NCBI GenBank assembly: GCA_963794775.1
Contig: CAWCGA010000008.1
Coordinates: 72,446-136,445, forward strand
Source: an uncultured Alphaproteobacteria bacterium
GTDB lineage: Bacteria > Pseudomonadota > Alphaproteobacteria > Rhizobiales > Xanthobacteraceae
Length of the DNA: 64,000 bases
Reading direction: 5' to 3'
Shown here: positions 19,695 to 30,922 of the stretch, piece after piece
How positions within the stretch are numbered: the stretch's first letter is position 1
How the letters are laid out: every line of letters starts with the position of its first letter
Notes under the pieces: model-generated
The model's database searches: none
The model's input: only the letters and a program-made list of their open reading frames with translations
What the model was told of the DNA's origin: nothing
Translations under genes and position numbers: made by a program

Positions 19695-19756
19695 GGTGGA
19701 ACAGTTCCAACATGTACTGCGATGCATCGAAGAAACAGGCTTAGAACCGTTCAAGC
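19695..19756. promoter_or_regulatory. Two Irr-box (ICE)-like palindromes upstream of sufB
   Basis: GGTGGAACAGTTCCAAC (19695-19711) and CTTAGAACCGTTCAAGC (19740-19756) against the consensus TTTRGAAYNRTTCYAAA. Confidence 0.55.
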
Positions 19757-20890
19757 CGTGTTTCTTTCCTCCCTAAGTAAGGCATCGGAGAGCTTTCGCC
19801 AAGCCTCCAGGGCTCGATCAATGTCTGTCTCAGACGTGGACCAGCCCAGACTGAGCCGCACCGCTCCCTGCGCGATTTTTGGGCCGAATCCCATGGCTTC
19901 CAGCACGTGGGAGGGCTGGACCTTGCCGGAGGAACAGGCCGAGCCGGAGGATACGGCCATACCGGCGAGATCGAAGCCGATGACGGCGGTTTCAGCCCGC
20001 AGGCCGGGCACGGTGAACAGCGTGGTGTTGGCTATCCGGGGAACCTTCTCCGAGAAAATGATAGTCCCGGAGGTCTGCTTCAGGCCATGCTCCAGCCGGT
20101 TCCGGAGGGCCTCCAAGTGGGCTGTGTCCGCCTCAACGGCGACCGCCGCGCCAAAGCCTGAGATCCCCACGACATTCTCGGTGCCGGCGCGATGCCCCCG
20201 CTCCTGTCCTCCGCCGCGCAGCAGAGGTTCCACCCCGTCGATGCCGTCGGCTGTAACCAACGCGCCGATGCCCTTGGGGCCGCCGATCTTGTGTGCAGAC
20301 AGCGACACGAGATCGGCACCCAATTGATTGATATCGAAAGCTATTTTCCCGAGCGCCTGGATCGCGTCGACATGCAGCACAACGCCGGCGGAATGGACGA
20401 TCTCCGCCGCAGCGGCGATCGGCTGGACGGCACCGGTTTCGTTGTTGGCGGCCATGATGGACACCAGCGCCGGAGGACCGTCCGCGACGGCCCGGCGAAG
20501 CTGATCCAGATCGATCAGGCCATCTGGCGTGACGCCGATCCGGCTCACCAACTCCGGCGGAAACCGCCCACCCATGAACACCGAGGCATGCTCGATCGCC
20601 GAGACCAATAACCGCTGAGCCGGCTGTCCTCCGGCCCGCCTCACACCGGGCACCAGCGCCAGTGCGTTGGCCTCGGTCCCTCCCGACGTGAAGGTGACAT
20701 TGCGGGGATGCGCACCAACCGCCGCGGCCACGGCAGCACGCGCATCCTCGACCAAGCGCCGCGCCTGCCGGCCCTCGGCATGGACCGAGGACGGGTTGCC
20801 AGCGAGTTCCCATGCTTGCGCCATCGCTGCTTTCGCCTCGGGGCGCAGCGGTGTTGTCGCGTTCCAGTCGAGATAAACCCTCTCAGTCAT
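19751..20890 (-). CDS. Cysteine desulfurase, NifS/IscS type
   Basis: YLDWNATTP, GNPSS.H..G, FTSGGTEAN, SAHKIGGPKGIG, SSGSACSS. Confidence 0.95.
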   Translation of the reverse strand: MTERVYLDWNATTPLRPEAKAAMAQAWELAGNPSSVHAEGRQARRLVEDARAAVAAAVGAHPRNVTFTSGGTEANALALVPGVRRAGGQPAQRLLVSAIEHASVFMGGRFPPELVSRIGVTPDGLIDLDQLRRAVADGPPALVSIMAANNETGAVQPIAAAAEIVHSAGVVLHVDAIQALGKIAFDINQLGADLVSLSAHKIGGPKGIGALVTADGIDGVEPLLRGGGQERGHRAGTENVVGISGFGAAVAVEADTAHLEALRNRLEHGLKQTSGTIIFSEKVPRIANTTLFTVPGLRAETAVIGFDLAGMAVSSGSACSSGKVQPSHVLEAMGFGPKIAQGAVRLSLGWSTSETDIDRALEAWRKLSDALLREERNTA

Positions 20891-21172
20891 TGAGTACCAT
20901 AATACCCCGATAGCCGAACGCTAACGATAGCCGGGCTACGGCTTGTCTGCCCGCCAAATGGCGCTTCTCTCGCACGCACGCAATCATATGGCTAACGCAT
21001 CGCGCGCGTGCGGGGTGTTCAAGATGCTTGCTTTTTGCCCCTCGCCCCATGTTAGAACGCGCCCACAATTCACCGAGCGCATTCAGCGCAAAGCCAACCG
21101 CACCATTCACTAGTTTGTCGACTGAACCTTCAGGTCGCGCTGGCACATAAATCCGTCAACAGAGATCAACTG

Positions 21173-21820
21173 ATGCCTGAAGTCATTTTCACCGGTCCCG
21201 CAGGCCGTCTTGAAGGCCGCTACCATCCGGCGAAACAAAAGAACGCACCGATTGCGATGATCCTGCATCCGCATCCGCAATTCCACGGCACGATGAATCA
21301 CCAGATCGTTTATCAGTGCTACTACGCCTTCGCGCATCGCGGTTTCTCGGTGCTGCGCTTCAATTTCCGCGGCGTCGGCCGCAGCCAGGGCGCGTTCGAT
21401 CACGGCACCGGCGAATTGTCGGACGCGGCAAGCGCGCTCGACTGGGCGCAGACCATCAATCCCGAAGCGCGCGCCTGCTGGGTCGCCGGCTTCTCCTTCG
21501 GCGCCTGGATCGGCATGCAGCTTTTGATGCGCCGGCCCGAGGTCGAAGGTTTCATCTCGATCGCGCCGCCCGCCAATCTCTACGACTTCTCCTTCCTCGC
21601 GCCCTGCCCCTCCTCGGGCCTGATCGTGCATGGCGAAAGGGATGCGGTGGTGCCGCCGAAAGATGTCAACACGCTGGTCGAGAAGCTGAAGACGCAGAAG
21701 GGCATCGTGATCGACCAGCAGGTCATCCCCGGCGCCAACCACTTCTTCGACGGCAAGCTCGAGCCGCTGATGGAAACCATCACGGCCTATCTCGACATGC
21801 GGCTCGCCAACGTCAGGTAG
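21173..21820 (+). CDS. Alpha/beta hydrolase, the conserved divergent neighbour of alphaproteobacterial suf/isc loci
   Basis: HPHPQFHGTM, RFNFRGVGRS, GFSFG nucleophile elbow, GANHFF. Confidence 0.92.
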   Translation: MPEVIFTGPAGRLEGRYHPAKQKNAPIAMILHPHPQFHGTMNHQIVYQCYYAFAHRGFSVLRFNFRGVGRSQGAFDHGTGELSDAASALDWAQTINPEARACWVAGFSFGAWIGMQLLMRRPEVEGFISIAPPANLYDFSFLAPCPSSGLIVHGERDAVVPPKDVNTLVEKLKTQKGIVIDQQVIPGANHFFDGKLEPLMETITAYLDMRLANVR

Positions 21821-21868
21821 CGCATGATCCGGAAAAGTGTGCAGCGGTTTTCCGAAAAGATCATGCGC
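21820..21868. repeat. Rhizobiales RIME/REP-like palindromic element
   Basis: 10-bp terminal inverted repeat GCGCATGATC/GATCATGCGC enclosing CGGAAAA..TTTTCCG; partial copy at 934-960. Confidence 0.8.
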
Positions 21869-21885
21869 CAAACAAAGAGCTAGCC

Positions 21886-22398
21886 GTGGGATCGTTCGTA
21901 GCACTCCTGCGGGCGGTCAATGTCGGCGGCACCGGCAAATTGCCGATGAGCGAGCTCAAGGCGATCTGCGAGACGCTCGGCTTCACCTCTGTCCGCACCT
22001 ATATCGCCAGCGGCAATGTCGTGTTCGCAAGCCGCAAGTCGGAGCGCGCGATCAAGCGTGATCTCGAGAAGGCGCTTGCGGCCTATGCCGGCAAGGCGGT
22101 CGGCGTCATGGTCCGCAGCGCCGCCGAGATGGCGCAGGTCGCAGCCGACAATCCCTTTCCAAAACTCGCGCCCAACCGGACCATGGCGATCTTTCTCGAT
22201 GGGAAACCGCCGAAAGACACGCTCGCGGCCGTGCGCGGGCAAAAAGACGAAAAGATCAAGCTCGGAATGCGCGAGATCTACGTCCATTACGGCGAGGGGA
22301 TGGGGACATCAAAGCTCGTCATTCCCGCTGCGAAGGCCGGCACCGCACGCAACATGAATACGGTCGCGGTGCTCGCGAAGATGGCGGCCGAGATCTGA
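21886..22398 (+). CDS. DUF1697 family protein
   Basis: FVALLRAVNVGG, VRTYIASGNVVF, TARNMNTV. Confidence 0.88.
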   Translation: MGSFVALLRAVNVGGTGKLPMSELKAICETLGFTSVRTYIASGNVVFASRKSERAIKRDLEKALAAYAGKAVGVMVRSAAEMAQVAADNPFPKLAPNRTMAIFLDGKPPKDTLAAVRGQKDEKIKLGMREIYVHYGEGMGTSKLVIPAAKAGTARNMNTVAVLAKMAAEI

Positions 22399-23073
22399 TC
22401 AGGCGGCGAGTTTCGCCTGAAGCTGCGAGATGTACGACCGCCGACGATCGAGGAAATCGCGCAGCAGCGCCCGATAATCAGAGCTGACAGCCGATTTGAC
22501 TGACGGCCGCGATGCGAGCGCGGTACGCCAGCGTTCAAGCTTCGGCTTGCCCGCGAGAATGCCGAAGTCGCCGATCTCGTCGAAGACGTCGAAATAGCGG
22601 AACACCGGGCCGAACACGGCATCGACCAGCGAGAAGTTTTCGCCATCGAACCATGGCGTAGCCGCAAGGCGCGCCTCCAGCCGCGCAAAGCGTGTTTCGA
22701 GCTGCGCCGCCTTGGCCTTGAAGGCTGCCTCGTCGGGCGCCGAATAAAATCCGGCGATGTCATTGAGCACCGCTGATCCGAATTCGATCCAGGAGCGGTG
22801 CTCGGCGCGCACGAGCGCGTCAGCCGGATGCAACGCCTTGGCTTGCGTCTCTTCCAGATATTCCAGGATGACAGCGGATTCGAAAATGGCGTGATCGCCG
22901 ACCACGAGCACCGGTGTCTTGCCGAGCGGGGAAATCTTCAGGAACCAGTCCGGCTTGTTGGTGAGATCGATGTCGATCCGCTCGAACGGGACGCCCTTCT
23001 CGGTCAGCGCGATCACCGCGCGCTGCACATAAGGGCAAAGTTTGTGGCTGATGAGTTTAAGGGCTGCGGCCAT
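22399..23073 (-). CDS. Glutathione S-transferase family protein
   Basis: LCPYVQR, KPDWFLKISPLGKTPVL, FESAVILEYLEE. Confidence 0.93.
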   Translation of the reverse strand: MAAALKLISHKLCPYVQRAVIALTEKGVPFERIDIDLTNKPDWFLKISPLGKTPVLVVGDHAIFESAVILEYLEETQAKALHPADALVRAEHRSWIEFGSAVLNDIAGFYSAPDEAAFKAKAAQLETRFARLEARLAATPWFDGENFSLVDAVFGPVFRYFDVFDEIGDFGILAGKPKLERWRTALASRPSVKSAVSSDYRALLRDFLDRRRSYISQLQAKLAA

Positions 23074-23092
23074 GGCGTTTCTCGACAGTTAT

Positions 23093-23125
23093 ATGCATCT
23101 GCATTTAAATTAGATGCAGATGCAT
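23093..23125. promoter_or_regulatory. Perfect 12-bp inverted repeat, probable operator of the GST gene
   Basis: ATGCATCTGCAT-ttaaattag-ATGCAGATGCAT, 20 bp upstream of the GST ATG, AT-rich. Confidence 0.65.
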
Positions 23126-23144
23126 GAACTGTCAAGGCTTGATG

Positions 23145-24248
23145 TCAGGGCCTGGCGATCACCCCGCCCGTCATCGGCATCGGCACCCCCGTCGTGGCGG
23201 GGTAGCTGAGCGGCAGGCCTTTGAGCCCGCGCGCGGCCAGGAAGCCGAAGGCCTGGGCCTCGATGGCGTCAGACGCCCAGCCGAGCACCTCCGCCGCCTC
23301 GACGGTCGCGGGCTGGAGCCGCTCGCGCAGATTCCGGATCATGGTCAGGTTGCGCGCACCGCCGCCGCAAATGATCCAGCTCTTCGGGACCTTCGGCAAC
23401 AGCGGCACGATCCGGGCGATCGCAGCCGCCGTGAATGCGGTCAGGGTCGCCGCACCGTCGGCCGGCGGCACGTCGGCGAGCCTGAGCGCGCCGAAATCGT
23501 TGCGGTCGAGTGATTTCGGCGGCGGCTTGGCGAAGAACGGCAATTCCAGCGCGCGCTTGATCCAGGCCTCGTCCGCATGACCCTGCGCGGCGAACCTGCC
23601 CTCGCAGTCGAACGGCGAGTGCATGGTGCGGAACATGAAATCGTCGAGCAGCGCATTGCCGGGACCGGTGTCGCAGGCGATCAACGTGTCCGACCCGTCG
23701 ATATAGGTGATGTTGGCGACGCCGCCGATATTGACCACCACGATCGGCCCCTCGCGCTCAAGGGATTGCGTCAGCGCGCGATGATAGACCGGCACGAAGG
23801 GTGCGCCCTGCCCGCCGGCCTCGACGTCGGCGGCGCGGAAATCATGCATGACGGGGATGTGGATCGCCTTGGCCAGCGCGGCCGCGTCGCCGATCTGCAC
23901 CGTCATCTTCTTTTCGGGCCGGTGCAGCACGGTCTGGCCGTGGAAGCCGACAATGTCGATGTCCTCCGGCGTGATGCGATTATGCGAGATGAAAGCGGCG
24001 ACGGCTTCGGCATGCGCCTTCGTCACGGCCTCCTTGGCCTCGCGCAAAATGCCGGGCCGCGCGTCGCGCTGCGGCAGGTGCACGGCCTCGGTCAACGCCT
24101 GGCGCAGCAGGCCTTTCTCGCGCTCGGTATAGGGCCGATAGCCCGACGGGCCGAATTTCCGCACGGTGCGGCCATCGGTTTCGATCATGGCAAGATCGAC
24201 CCCGTCGAGCGAGGTGCCGCTCATCAGACCGAGTGTCGTTAGCATCAT
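23145..24248 (-). CDS. anmK: Anhydro-N-acetylmuramic acid kinase
   Basis: GLMSGTSLDGVD, GFHGQT, GGQGAP, NIGGVANI, DTGPGN; divergent from tyrS. Confidence 0.96.
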   Translation of the reverse strand: MMLTTLGLMSGTSLDGVDLAMIETDGRTVRKFGPSGYRPYTEREKGLLRQALTEAVHLPQRDARPGILREAKEAVTKAHAEAVAAFISHNRITPEDIDIVGFHGQTVLHRPEKKMTVQIGDAAALAKAIHIPVMHDFRAADVEAGGQGAPFVPVYHRALTQSLEREGPIVVVNIGGVANITYIDGSDTLIACDTGPGNALLDDFMFRTMHSPFDCEGRFAAQGHADEAWIKRALELPFFAKPPPKSLDRNDFGALRLADVPPADGAATLTAFTAAAIARIVPLLPKVPKSWIICGGGARNLTMIRNLRERLQPATVEAAEVLGWASDAIEAQAFGFLAARGLKGLPLSYPATTGVPMPMTGGVIARP

Positions 24249-24427
24249 CGCCGTGAAAGCCTTGGCGACGCCCTGCCCTGGACGTCAAAATGAGTTCCCG
24301 CGCTTGTGCCAAACGGGCACATCTTATAATGCCACATCGCGCGGACGAGCGGCAGCGGTTTATGGCGAGTTCCCGGCATTGCTTGGAAACACCGTAAAAG
24401 AATACGAATAATCAGAGTCACCGACAC

Positions 24428-25681
24428 ATGAGCGCATTTAAGTCTGATTTTCTCAATGTGCTGAAAGAGCGCGGCTTCATCCATCAGGCCTCCGATGTCG
24501 AGGGCCTGGACGCGCTTGCCGCCAAGGGTCAGGCCACCGCTTATGTCGGGTACGACTGCACCGCGCCATCGCTGCATATCGGCAACTTCCTGACCATGAT
24601 GATGCTGTACTGGCTGCAGCAGAGCGGCAACAAGCCGATCACGCTGATGGGCGGCGGCACCACGATGGTCGGCGATCCCTCGGGCAAGGATGAGACGCGC
24701 GCGATTCGCAGCGTCGCCGAGATCGAGGCCAACAAGGCCAGCATCCGCGGCGTGTTCGCCAAGGTGCTGCGGTTCGGCGACGGCGCGAGCGATGCCATCA
24801 TGCTCGACAATGCCGAGTGGCTGACGAAATTGAACTGGATCGAGATGCTGCGCGACGTCGGCAAGCATTTTTCGGTCAACCGCATGCTGAGTATGGACTC
24901 AGTGCGGCTCCGGCTCGAGCGCGAGCAGGAGATGAGCTTCATCGAGTTCAACTACATGGTCTGCCAGGCCTATGACTTCGTCGAGCTCGCCAAGCGCACC
25001 GGTTGCCGCTTGCAGATGGGCGGCTCGGACCAGTGGGGCAACATCATCATGGGCGTCGATCTCGGCCGCCGCATGGGCACGCCGCAGCTCTATGCGCTGA
25101 CGACGCCGCTGCTGACAACCGCCTCCGGCGAGAAGATGGGCAAGACCGCCAAAGGCGCGGTCTGGCTCAACGCCGAGCAGTTTTCGCCCTACGATTTCTG
25201 GCAATACTGGCGCAACACCGAGGATGCCGACGTCGCCAAATTCCTCAAACTGTTCACGACGCTGCCGCTGGGCGAGATCGAGAAGCTCTCGGCCTTGCAG
25301 GGCGCGGAGATCAACGAGGCCAAGAAGGCGCTGGCCGATGCCGCCACCACCTTGCTGCATGGGGCCGACGCCGCACGGCAGGCCGCGGAGACCGCGCGAC
25401 AGACTTTTGAAGAAGGCGCGATCTCGCAAAACCTGCCGACCGTGGAAATTCCGCGCAGCGAACTTGAAGCGGGCCTTGGTGTGCTCACCGCCTTCGTCAA
25501 GGCGAAACTCGTCGCCTCCAACGGCGAGGCGCGCCGTCACATCAAGGGCGGCGGCCTGCGCGTCAATGACGCTGCCGTCACCGACGAGAAGATGACGCTG
25601 TCGCCGGCGAATCTCACGCCCGAAGGCGTCATCAAGCTGTCGCTCGGCAGGAAGAACCACGTCCTGCTCAGGCCTGCATAG
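24428..25681 (+). CDS. tyrS: Tyrosine--tRNA ligase
   Basis: [38 protein letters not shown]-terminal S4 domain. Confidence 0.98.
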   Translation: MSAFKSDFLNVLKERGFIHQASDVEGLDALAAKGQATAYVGYDCTAPSLHIGNFLTMMMLYWLQQSGNKPITLMGGGTTMVGDPSGKDETRAIRSVAEIEANKASIRGVFAKVLRFGDGASDAIMLDNAEWLTKLNWIEMLRDVGKHFSVNRMLSMDSVRLRLEREQEMSFIEFNYMVCQAYDFVELAKRTGCRLQMGGSDQWGNIIMGVDLGRRMGTPQLYALTTPLLTTASGEKMGKTAKGAVWLNAEQFSPYDFWQYWRNTEDADVAKFLKLFTTLPLGEIEKLSALQGAEINEAKKALADAATTLLHGADAARQAAETARQTFEEGAISQNLPTVEIPRSELEAGLGVLTAFVKAKLVASNGEARRHIKGGGLRVNDAAVTDEKMTLSPANLTPEGVIKLSLGRKNHVLLRPA

Positions 25682-25736
25682 GCGCATTCGCTTTTGACGC
25701 TTGCGCGCCAACGCTGAAACGCGCTCCCTGCCCACG

Positions 25737-26978
25737 ATGGATCAAACGACGCCGCGCGAACGGACTCTTCCGGCCAGGCCGGCGCGCATGGCCATGGGCG
25801 TGCTGGCGCTGTGCTTTGCGCTGTCGGTGCTCGGGCGCGGGCTCGGCGAAAGCTTCACTGTGTTCCTCAAGCCGATCTCGGAGGATTTCGGCTGGGACCG
25901 CGCACAGGTCGTCTCGGTCTATTCGCTGACCTGGCTGGTGAGCGGCCTCACCGCGCCTTTGGTCGGCCGCGTGTTCGACCGTTCCGGTCCGCGCGTCGTC
26001 TACGCGCTCGGCATCTTCTTCCTCGGTGCGGCCTTCCTCGGCGCGTCGCATGCGCAATCGCTCTGGCAGTTCCAGGCAAGCATCGGGCTCTGTGTCGGCT
26101 TCGGCATCGCGCTGATCGGCAATGTCCCGAACTCGATCCTGCTCGGACGCTGGTTCGGTCCGCGCCTGCCAACTGCGATGGCGGTGGTCTATTCCGCGAT
26201 GGGTGGCGGCGTGCTGGTGCTGCTGCCGGCCTCGCAACTCCTGATCGAGCATGTCGGCTGGCGCGGCGCCTATCAGTTGTTCGGCGTGATCGCGGTCTGC
26301 CTGTTGATACCCGTCGTGTTTTTGCCGTGGGGACGCCTTGCCGCCGGCGCGCCTCATGTCGTGAAGAGGAGCGACTCTGATTTGGCCGACGAAGGCTGGA
26401 CCCTGGTGAGCGCGATGCGCCATCACGCCTTCTGGGCGCTGTTCGCAACCTTCTTCTTCACCGCCGTGGGCATGTATGCGATCGCAGCCCAAATCGTCGC
26501 ATATCTGATCGACGCCGGCTTTTCGCCGATGCAGGCCGCGACCGCCTGGGGATTTTCAGGCGTTGTGCTGCTGTTCGGCATGGTCGGCGTCTCCCAACTC
26601 GACAGCATCATCGGCCGGAGGCCATCGGTATTGATCTCCTACGCGATCTCGATCGTGGGGATCATCCTGTTGTGGCTATTGCAATACGATCCGAGCTACT
26701 GGCTCCTGACCGCATTCGTCATCACCTTCGGCAGCATGATCGGATCGCGCGGCCCGCTGTTGTCGGCGACCGCGATGAAGATCTTTCGCGGCGAGCGGGT
26801 CGGCACCATCTTCGGCACGATCTCGATCGGCAGCGGGCTTGGCTCCGCGCTCGGATCATGGAGCGGCGGTCTGCTGCACGACTGGAGCCACAGCTACAAT
26901 CCGGTGTTCGCGTTCTCGCTGGTCATGGTCGTGCTCGGGATGATCCCGTTCCTGATGGTGCCGGCACTCAGACGCTAA
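25737..26978 (+). CDS. MFS transporter
   Basis: About 12 TM segments; motif A GRVFDRSGPR; second-half DSIIGRR. Confidence 0.9.
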   Translation: MDQTTPRERTLPARPARMAMGVLALCFALSVLGRGLGESFTVFLKPISEDFGWDRAQVVSVYSLTWLVSGLTAPLVGRVFDRSGPRVVYALGIFFLGAAFLGASHAQSLWQFQASIGLCVGFGIALIGNVPNSILLGRWFGPRLPTAMAVVYSAMGGGVLVLLPASQLLIEHVGWRGAYQLFGVIAVCLLIPVVFLPWGRLAAGAPHVVKRSDSDLADEGWTLVSAMRHHAFWALFATFFFTAVGMYAIAAQIVAYLIDAGFSPMQAATAWGFSGVVLLFGMVGVSQLDSIIGRRPSVLISYAISIVGIILLWLLQYDPSYWLLTAFVITFGSMIGSRGPLLSATAMKIFRGERVGTIFGTISIGSGLGSALGSWSGGLLHDWSHSYNPVFAFSLVMVVLGMIPFLMVPALRR

Positions 26979-29900
26979 TTATTCGGCGGGAACTCGACCG
27001 GGTTGCTCTGCTTGCCGGTGTTGAACTCGAAGATCTTGCGCAGCACGCCCGGCGCCATCGCCGAGATCGGGTTGACGCGCAGCACCGGCGCGCCCGGCGT
27101 TCCAACGATTTCATAGGTCACGCCGATCAGGCCTTCATTGCTGCCGCCGCCGAGGAACAGGCCGACGATCGGAATCTGGCCGAACATGTTGTTCAGCCCG
27201 TACATCGGCACGAAGGTGCCGCTCATGCGCACGGAGTTGCCGGGATAATCGATGCTGCCTTCCATCGTGGCGCCGATGATCGGCCCCTTCACCACGCCTT
27301 CGCGGATGGTGAGCTGACCGTTCTGGCGCGTGAACTCCGCGCGCAACGCCGAGAACTGCACCACGCCGCCGGTCTGCGCGCCACCGCCCTGCGCTGGGCC
27401 GCCGGCCGCGATGCGATCGAGCGAGGCCTCGCCCTTCACCTGGAAATCCCTGACATTGATCAGGCCTTCCTTGGAGCCGGGATCGGACGTCGGCGGCTCC
27501 ATCGCCAGCGTAAGCTGGCCGCCGACCATCTTGGAATAGGTGTCGGTGAAGCGGAAGAACGAGCCGGCGTCGTTGGTCTGCAGCACGATGATATCGCGGC
27601 CGCTACCGGCCTGGCCGCGGCTGTGCATCTCCGCGGTCACCGGCGTGTCCTTGCCGATCTTGCCGTTCAGCGTGAAGGTCCGGAACGTTCCGCCGCGGCG
27701 CGAGAACTTGCAGTCGACGCTACGCATCGCTTCGCCAGACGAACCGGCGACCGCGCCCATCTTCAGATCGACGTCGACGTCGATATTCTTGGTCTTGCTC
27801 TTGCTGTCGTCCTTGCCCGATGAGCCCGAGATCGCCGATTTAAGGAAACCGCGGCCGTCGAACACTTCGCCGCGCATGGTCACCTTGACCACGCCGTCGG
27901 CGCCGCGTTCGGCGCGGAGCGAAGCCTTGTCGCCGTCCGACGGCGAATAGGTCGGGAAGTTCGCGTTCAACAGGTCGCCGTTCTGGTCGACTTCGAGCGA
28001 ACCCCTGATCGAGACGCCGCCTCCTTCGACGACGATGTCCTCGAAGCGGGTCGACTGCGCCTTCGGCACCACGTTGAAGGTGGCCTTGCCGGATTTGCCG
28101 GGCACCTTGACCCAGCCGGGCAGGATGTTGTCGAGCTTGAGCTGGGTCAGATCGGCCTCGATGCCCATCTTGGTGTCGCGGTCGCCCATCTTGCCGGTGA
28201 GCTTGATCGGAATCGCGCCCGATACCGCCGGACCGAGATCGATCCCGAGCTTGGCCCGGCTCGCGTCGTCAAGCGTTGCCTGCAGCTTGACGTCGGCGTC
28301 GCCTTCGGCGGGCTTGCGATAGTCGAGGCTCGCCGCCTGGCCGCTGATCTTGACGTCGCCCTTGACCTGATAGCCCTGATTGTTGGCGATGACCTTCAGC
28401 GTGTTGGCCTCGAGCTTCTGGCTCATCACCAGCTTGTCGGCGGAGAATCCGTTGAGATCGGCGGTCACGCTGTAGGTCGTGTTGTCCTTGGTCAGTTCGC
28501 CAACGACCGGCATGCCCATGTTGATGACGGCCGAGAACGTGCCCTTGCTGGTGTTGGGATCGATCGGCGTTGCAGACACGTTGCTGAGACGGTCGGCGGC
28601 GAGCACTTCTGCGGCCGCCGGCACCGGTCCGTCGATCTTCAGCTTGACCCGCGACGGCGGCGGCTTGGTATGCAAGTCCGGCACTTCGAACGTGAAGTCG
28701 GAGATGTTGAGCTTGCGGCCGGACGGCGTATCAGCCAGTCCCGCGCCTATGGTCACGGTTGCCGTTTTGCCCGTGACATGCGCTTTCAGGTCGGCGTCGT
28801 GCACCGACGGCAGACCGTCCACCGGACGCACCGCGACGCCGCTCGCCACGATGTTGACGGCAAGGCCGTCATCCGGGATCGGCGGTCCCTTGCGCGGCAG
28901 ATTCTTCACCAGCGTGTTGACGCCGACCTCGATGCGCTGAAGCGTGCCGCGCTCGATTCTCTCGATCACCCACTCGCGCACTTCCGGCACGATGATCGTC
29001 GGCCAAATCCGCTTCAGGTTGGATGCCGACATCGGTGTCCCGGCAAGACCAAGCCGCAACAGCGGCTCGCCGGAATAGTCGATGCTGCCGGTGCCGGCGA
29101 CGCCGACCTCGCCATTGCTGATATCGGCCTGGGTCAACAGCACCTGCTTGTGATCGGTGTCGAAGCGGAAGCCGATCGAAATGCGGTTGAAGATCAGCGG
29201 CGGCTCCTTGTCGATGCCAGCCAGCACGATGGTGCCGCCGGAGAGCCCGAGCTGCCAGCTGTTGACGCTGCCATTGGGCGGCTCGAGATGCGCCAGTAGC
29301 GTGAGGCGGTTGGCGCCGGAGATGATCTTGAAGGGCGCGACCAGCACGCGCCGCCCGGCATCCCATTCGACGCTCATGTCCGCCGAATCGATCGCCATCG
29401 GATAGTCGGGCGTATCGGTATCGATGATGTGGCCGGCGCCGACATTGATCTTGCCCCGCAGATAGGTCGGCACGCCGTCGCGCCCAAGCTCGCCTTTCAA
29501 TTCGCCGGTGAGCGGAACGTCGGTGGTGTAGGTCACGTCCTTCAGGCGCAGCGCCAGCAGGATGTTGTTGGTCGGAACGTTGCTGGCGCGGACGTCGACG
29601 GCGCGCACGCCGTTTTCGGGCGCGCCGACGGTGACGCGCACCGACCAGGGATGCGTCCCCTCCTCGCCAAGGCTGAGCGCCACGCCGCCGCCGCTCGGCC
29701 GGCGCAGGCTGAGATTGATGTTCTCGAAATTCCACTTGTTGCCGCGCTGCTGGTCGTCGACGACGAGCACGCCGTTCTTCAAGCCGATCTCGTTGAGGTT
29801 TTGCCCATCGAGGCCGGTGAGGCTCAAACTGTCGAGCCAGTCGAGGCCGGCGAGCAGGCCGCCCGGCGCCGGGGTCGAGCCCGCGGACGGAGGCGGAGTG

Positions 29901-30719
29901 ATCGGCAGCACCACCGAAGGCGCGAGCTGCGGTGCTGGCTGATTCTGATTTGCGACCAGGCCCGCCGCACGCTTGGAGGCGACGCCGGTGGCGAGCGGTT
30001 TTGTGGTGTCGCCGGTCGACACCGTAACATAGCCGTCGGGCGTGATGCGCACCGACAATTCGGCATCCACCAGATTGAGGCTTTCGGCACGCAGCCGCCC
30101 CATCAACAGTGCAACGCCGGACAGCCTGACCTCGGCCTTGGGCGCGGTCGCCACCACCGCGCGGTCGCGGTCGCGCACGATGATGTCGCGGATGCGCACT
30201 GCGATCCTGATCCGGCCCGCCCGCTCGATCTGGGTGCCGCCGATCTCGACCGTGTTGCCGTGACCGATATTGTCCTCGATCGCGGCCGCAAGCCATGGCG
30301 TCGCCATGTCGAGATTGATCGGACCGGCGCCAAGCCGCCACCACAGGCCGAAGAACGAGACGCCGAAGATCAGCGCAAGCGCGGCGGCAACGATTGCCAG
30401 CCTGCGGACCCAACGCTCGCCCGCAAGCCAGCGCTGCAGGCCGGACAGCCGATCGCCGATGCGATGAATGCCGGAAGAGGATCGCGACAACAGCCGCCGC
30501 GTGCGATGGGCGGCCGCCTCGTCATGAATCGCCGTCCCAATCCGTGTCGTCCCATTCGGCCTGATTGCGCGGATCGGTCGCCCGGTACGATGCCTGCTGA
30601 CGGGGCGCCTGGGCCTGCGATTGCCTCGCCAAAGCCTCGCGAAGCCGGCGCTCGTCGAGCGACGCTTCGCCGCCGCGATCCCGCCCGTCCGCCGATTGCG
30701 GACGCCCCTGTGGCGGCAT
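26975..30719 (-). CDS. YhdP/AsmA-like (DUF3971) envelope-spanning protein; N-terminus joined across a frameshift near 30530
   Basis: 1171-aa beta-rich ORF with an N-terminal TM anchor and C-terminal GTFVP.Y.LN..IPIVG..VNPIS..APG.LRKIF; upstream frame MPPQGRPQ..WDGD continues as HDEAAAHRTRRLLSR. Confidence 0.8.
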
Positions 30720-30922
30720 CGCTGCCAGTCCTGGGTTGGGCCTGTTGCTCGTCATCGGGCGCGACTGCTCATTCAACGAGGGTACAGGCTGGACGTCGAT
30801 TTGCTTGTAACCATATTCCGGCGCCGTCAAACTTGCCCAGCCGCCGGACCGAATCCGGCCTGCCGGACGGGACCCGCAATAGCCCAATGATTGAGCCGCC
30901 GAAAGCGTCGAAAGGAAGGCGT

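Noticed and set aside
19751-20890. Second cysteine desulfurase as an unusual duplication
   Set aside because: A NifS-type gene ahead of sufBCDS is a common alphaproteobacterial arrangement
21316-22398. 360-aa ORF with a long N-terminal extension on DUF1697
   Set aside because: The extension overlaps the hydrolase out of frame and crosses the RIME-like repeat; the domain starts at GTG 21886
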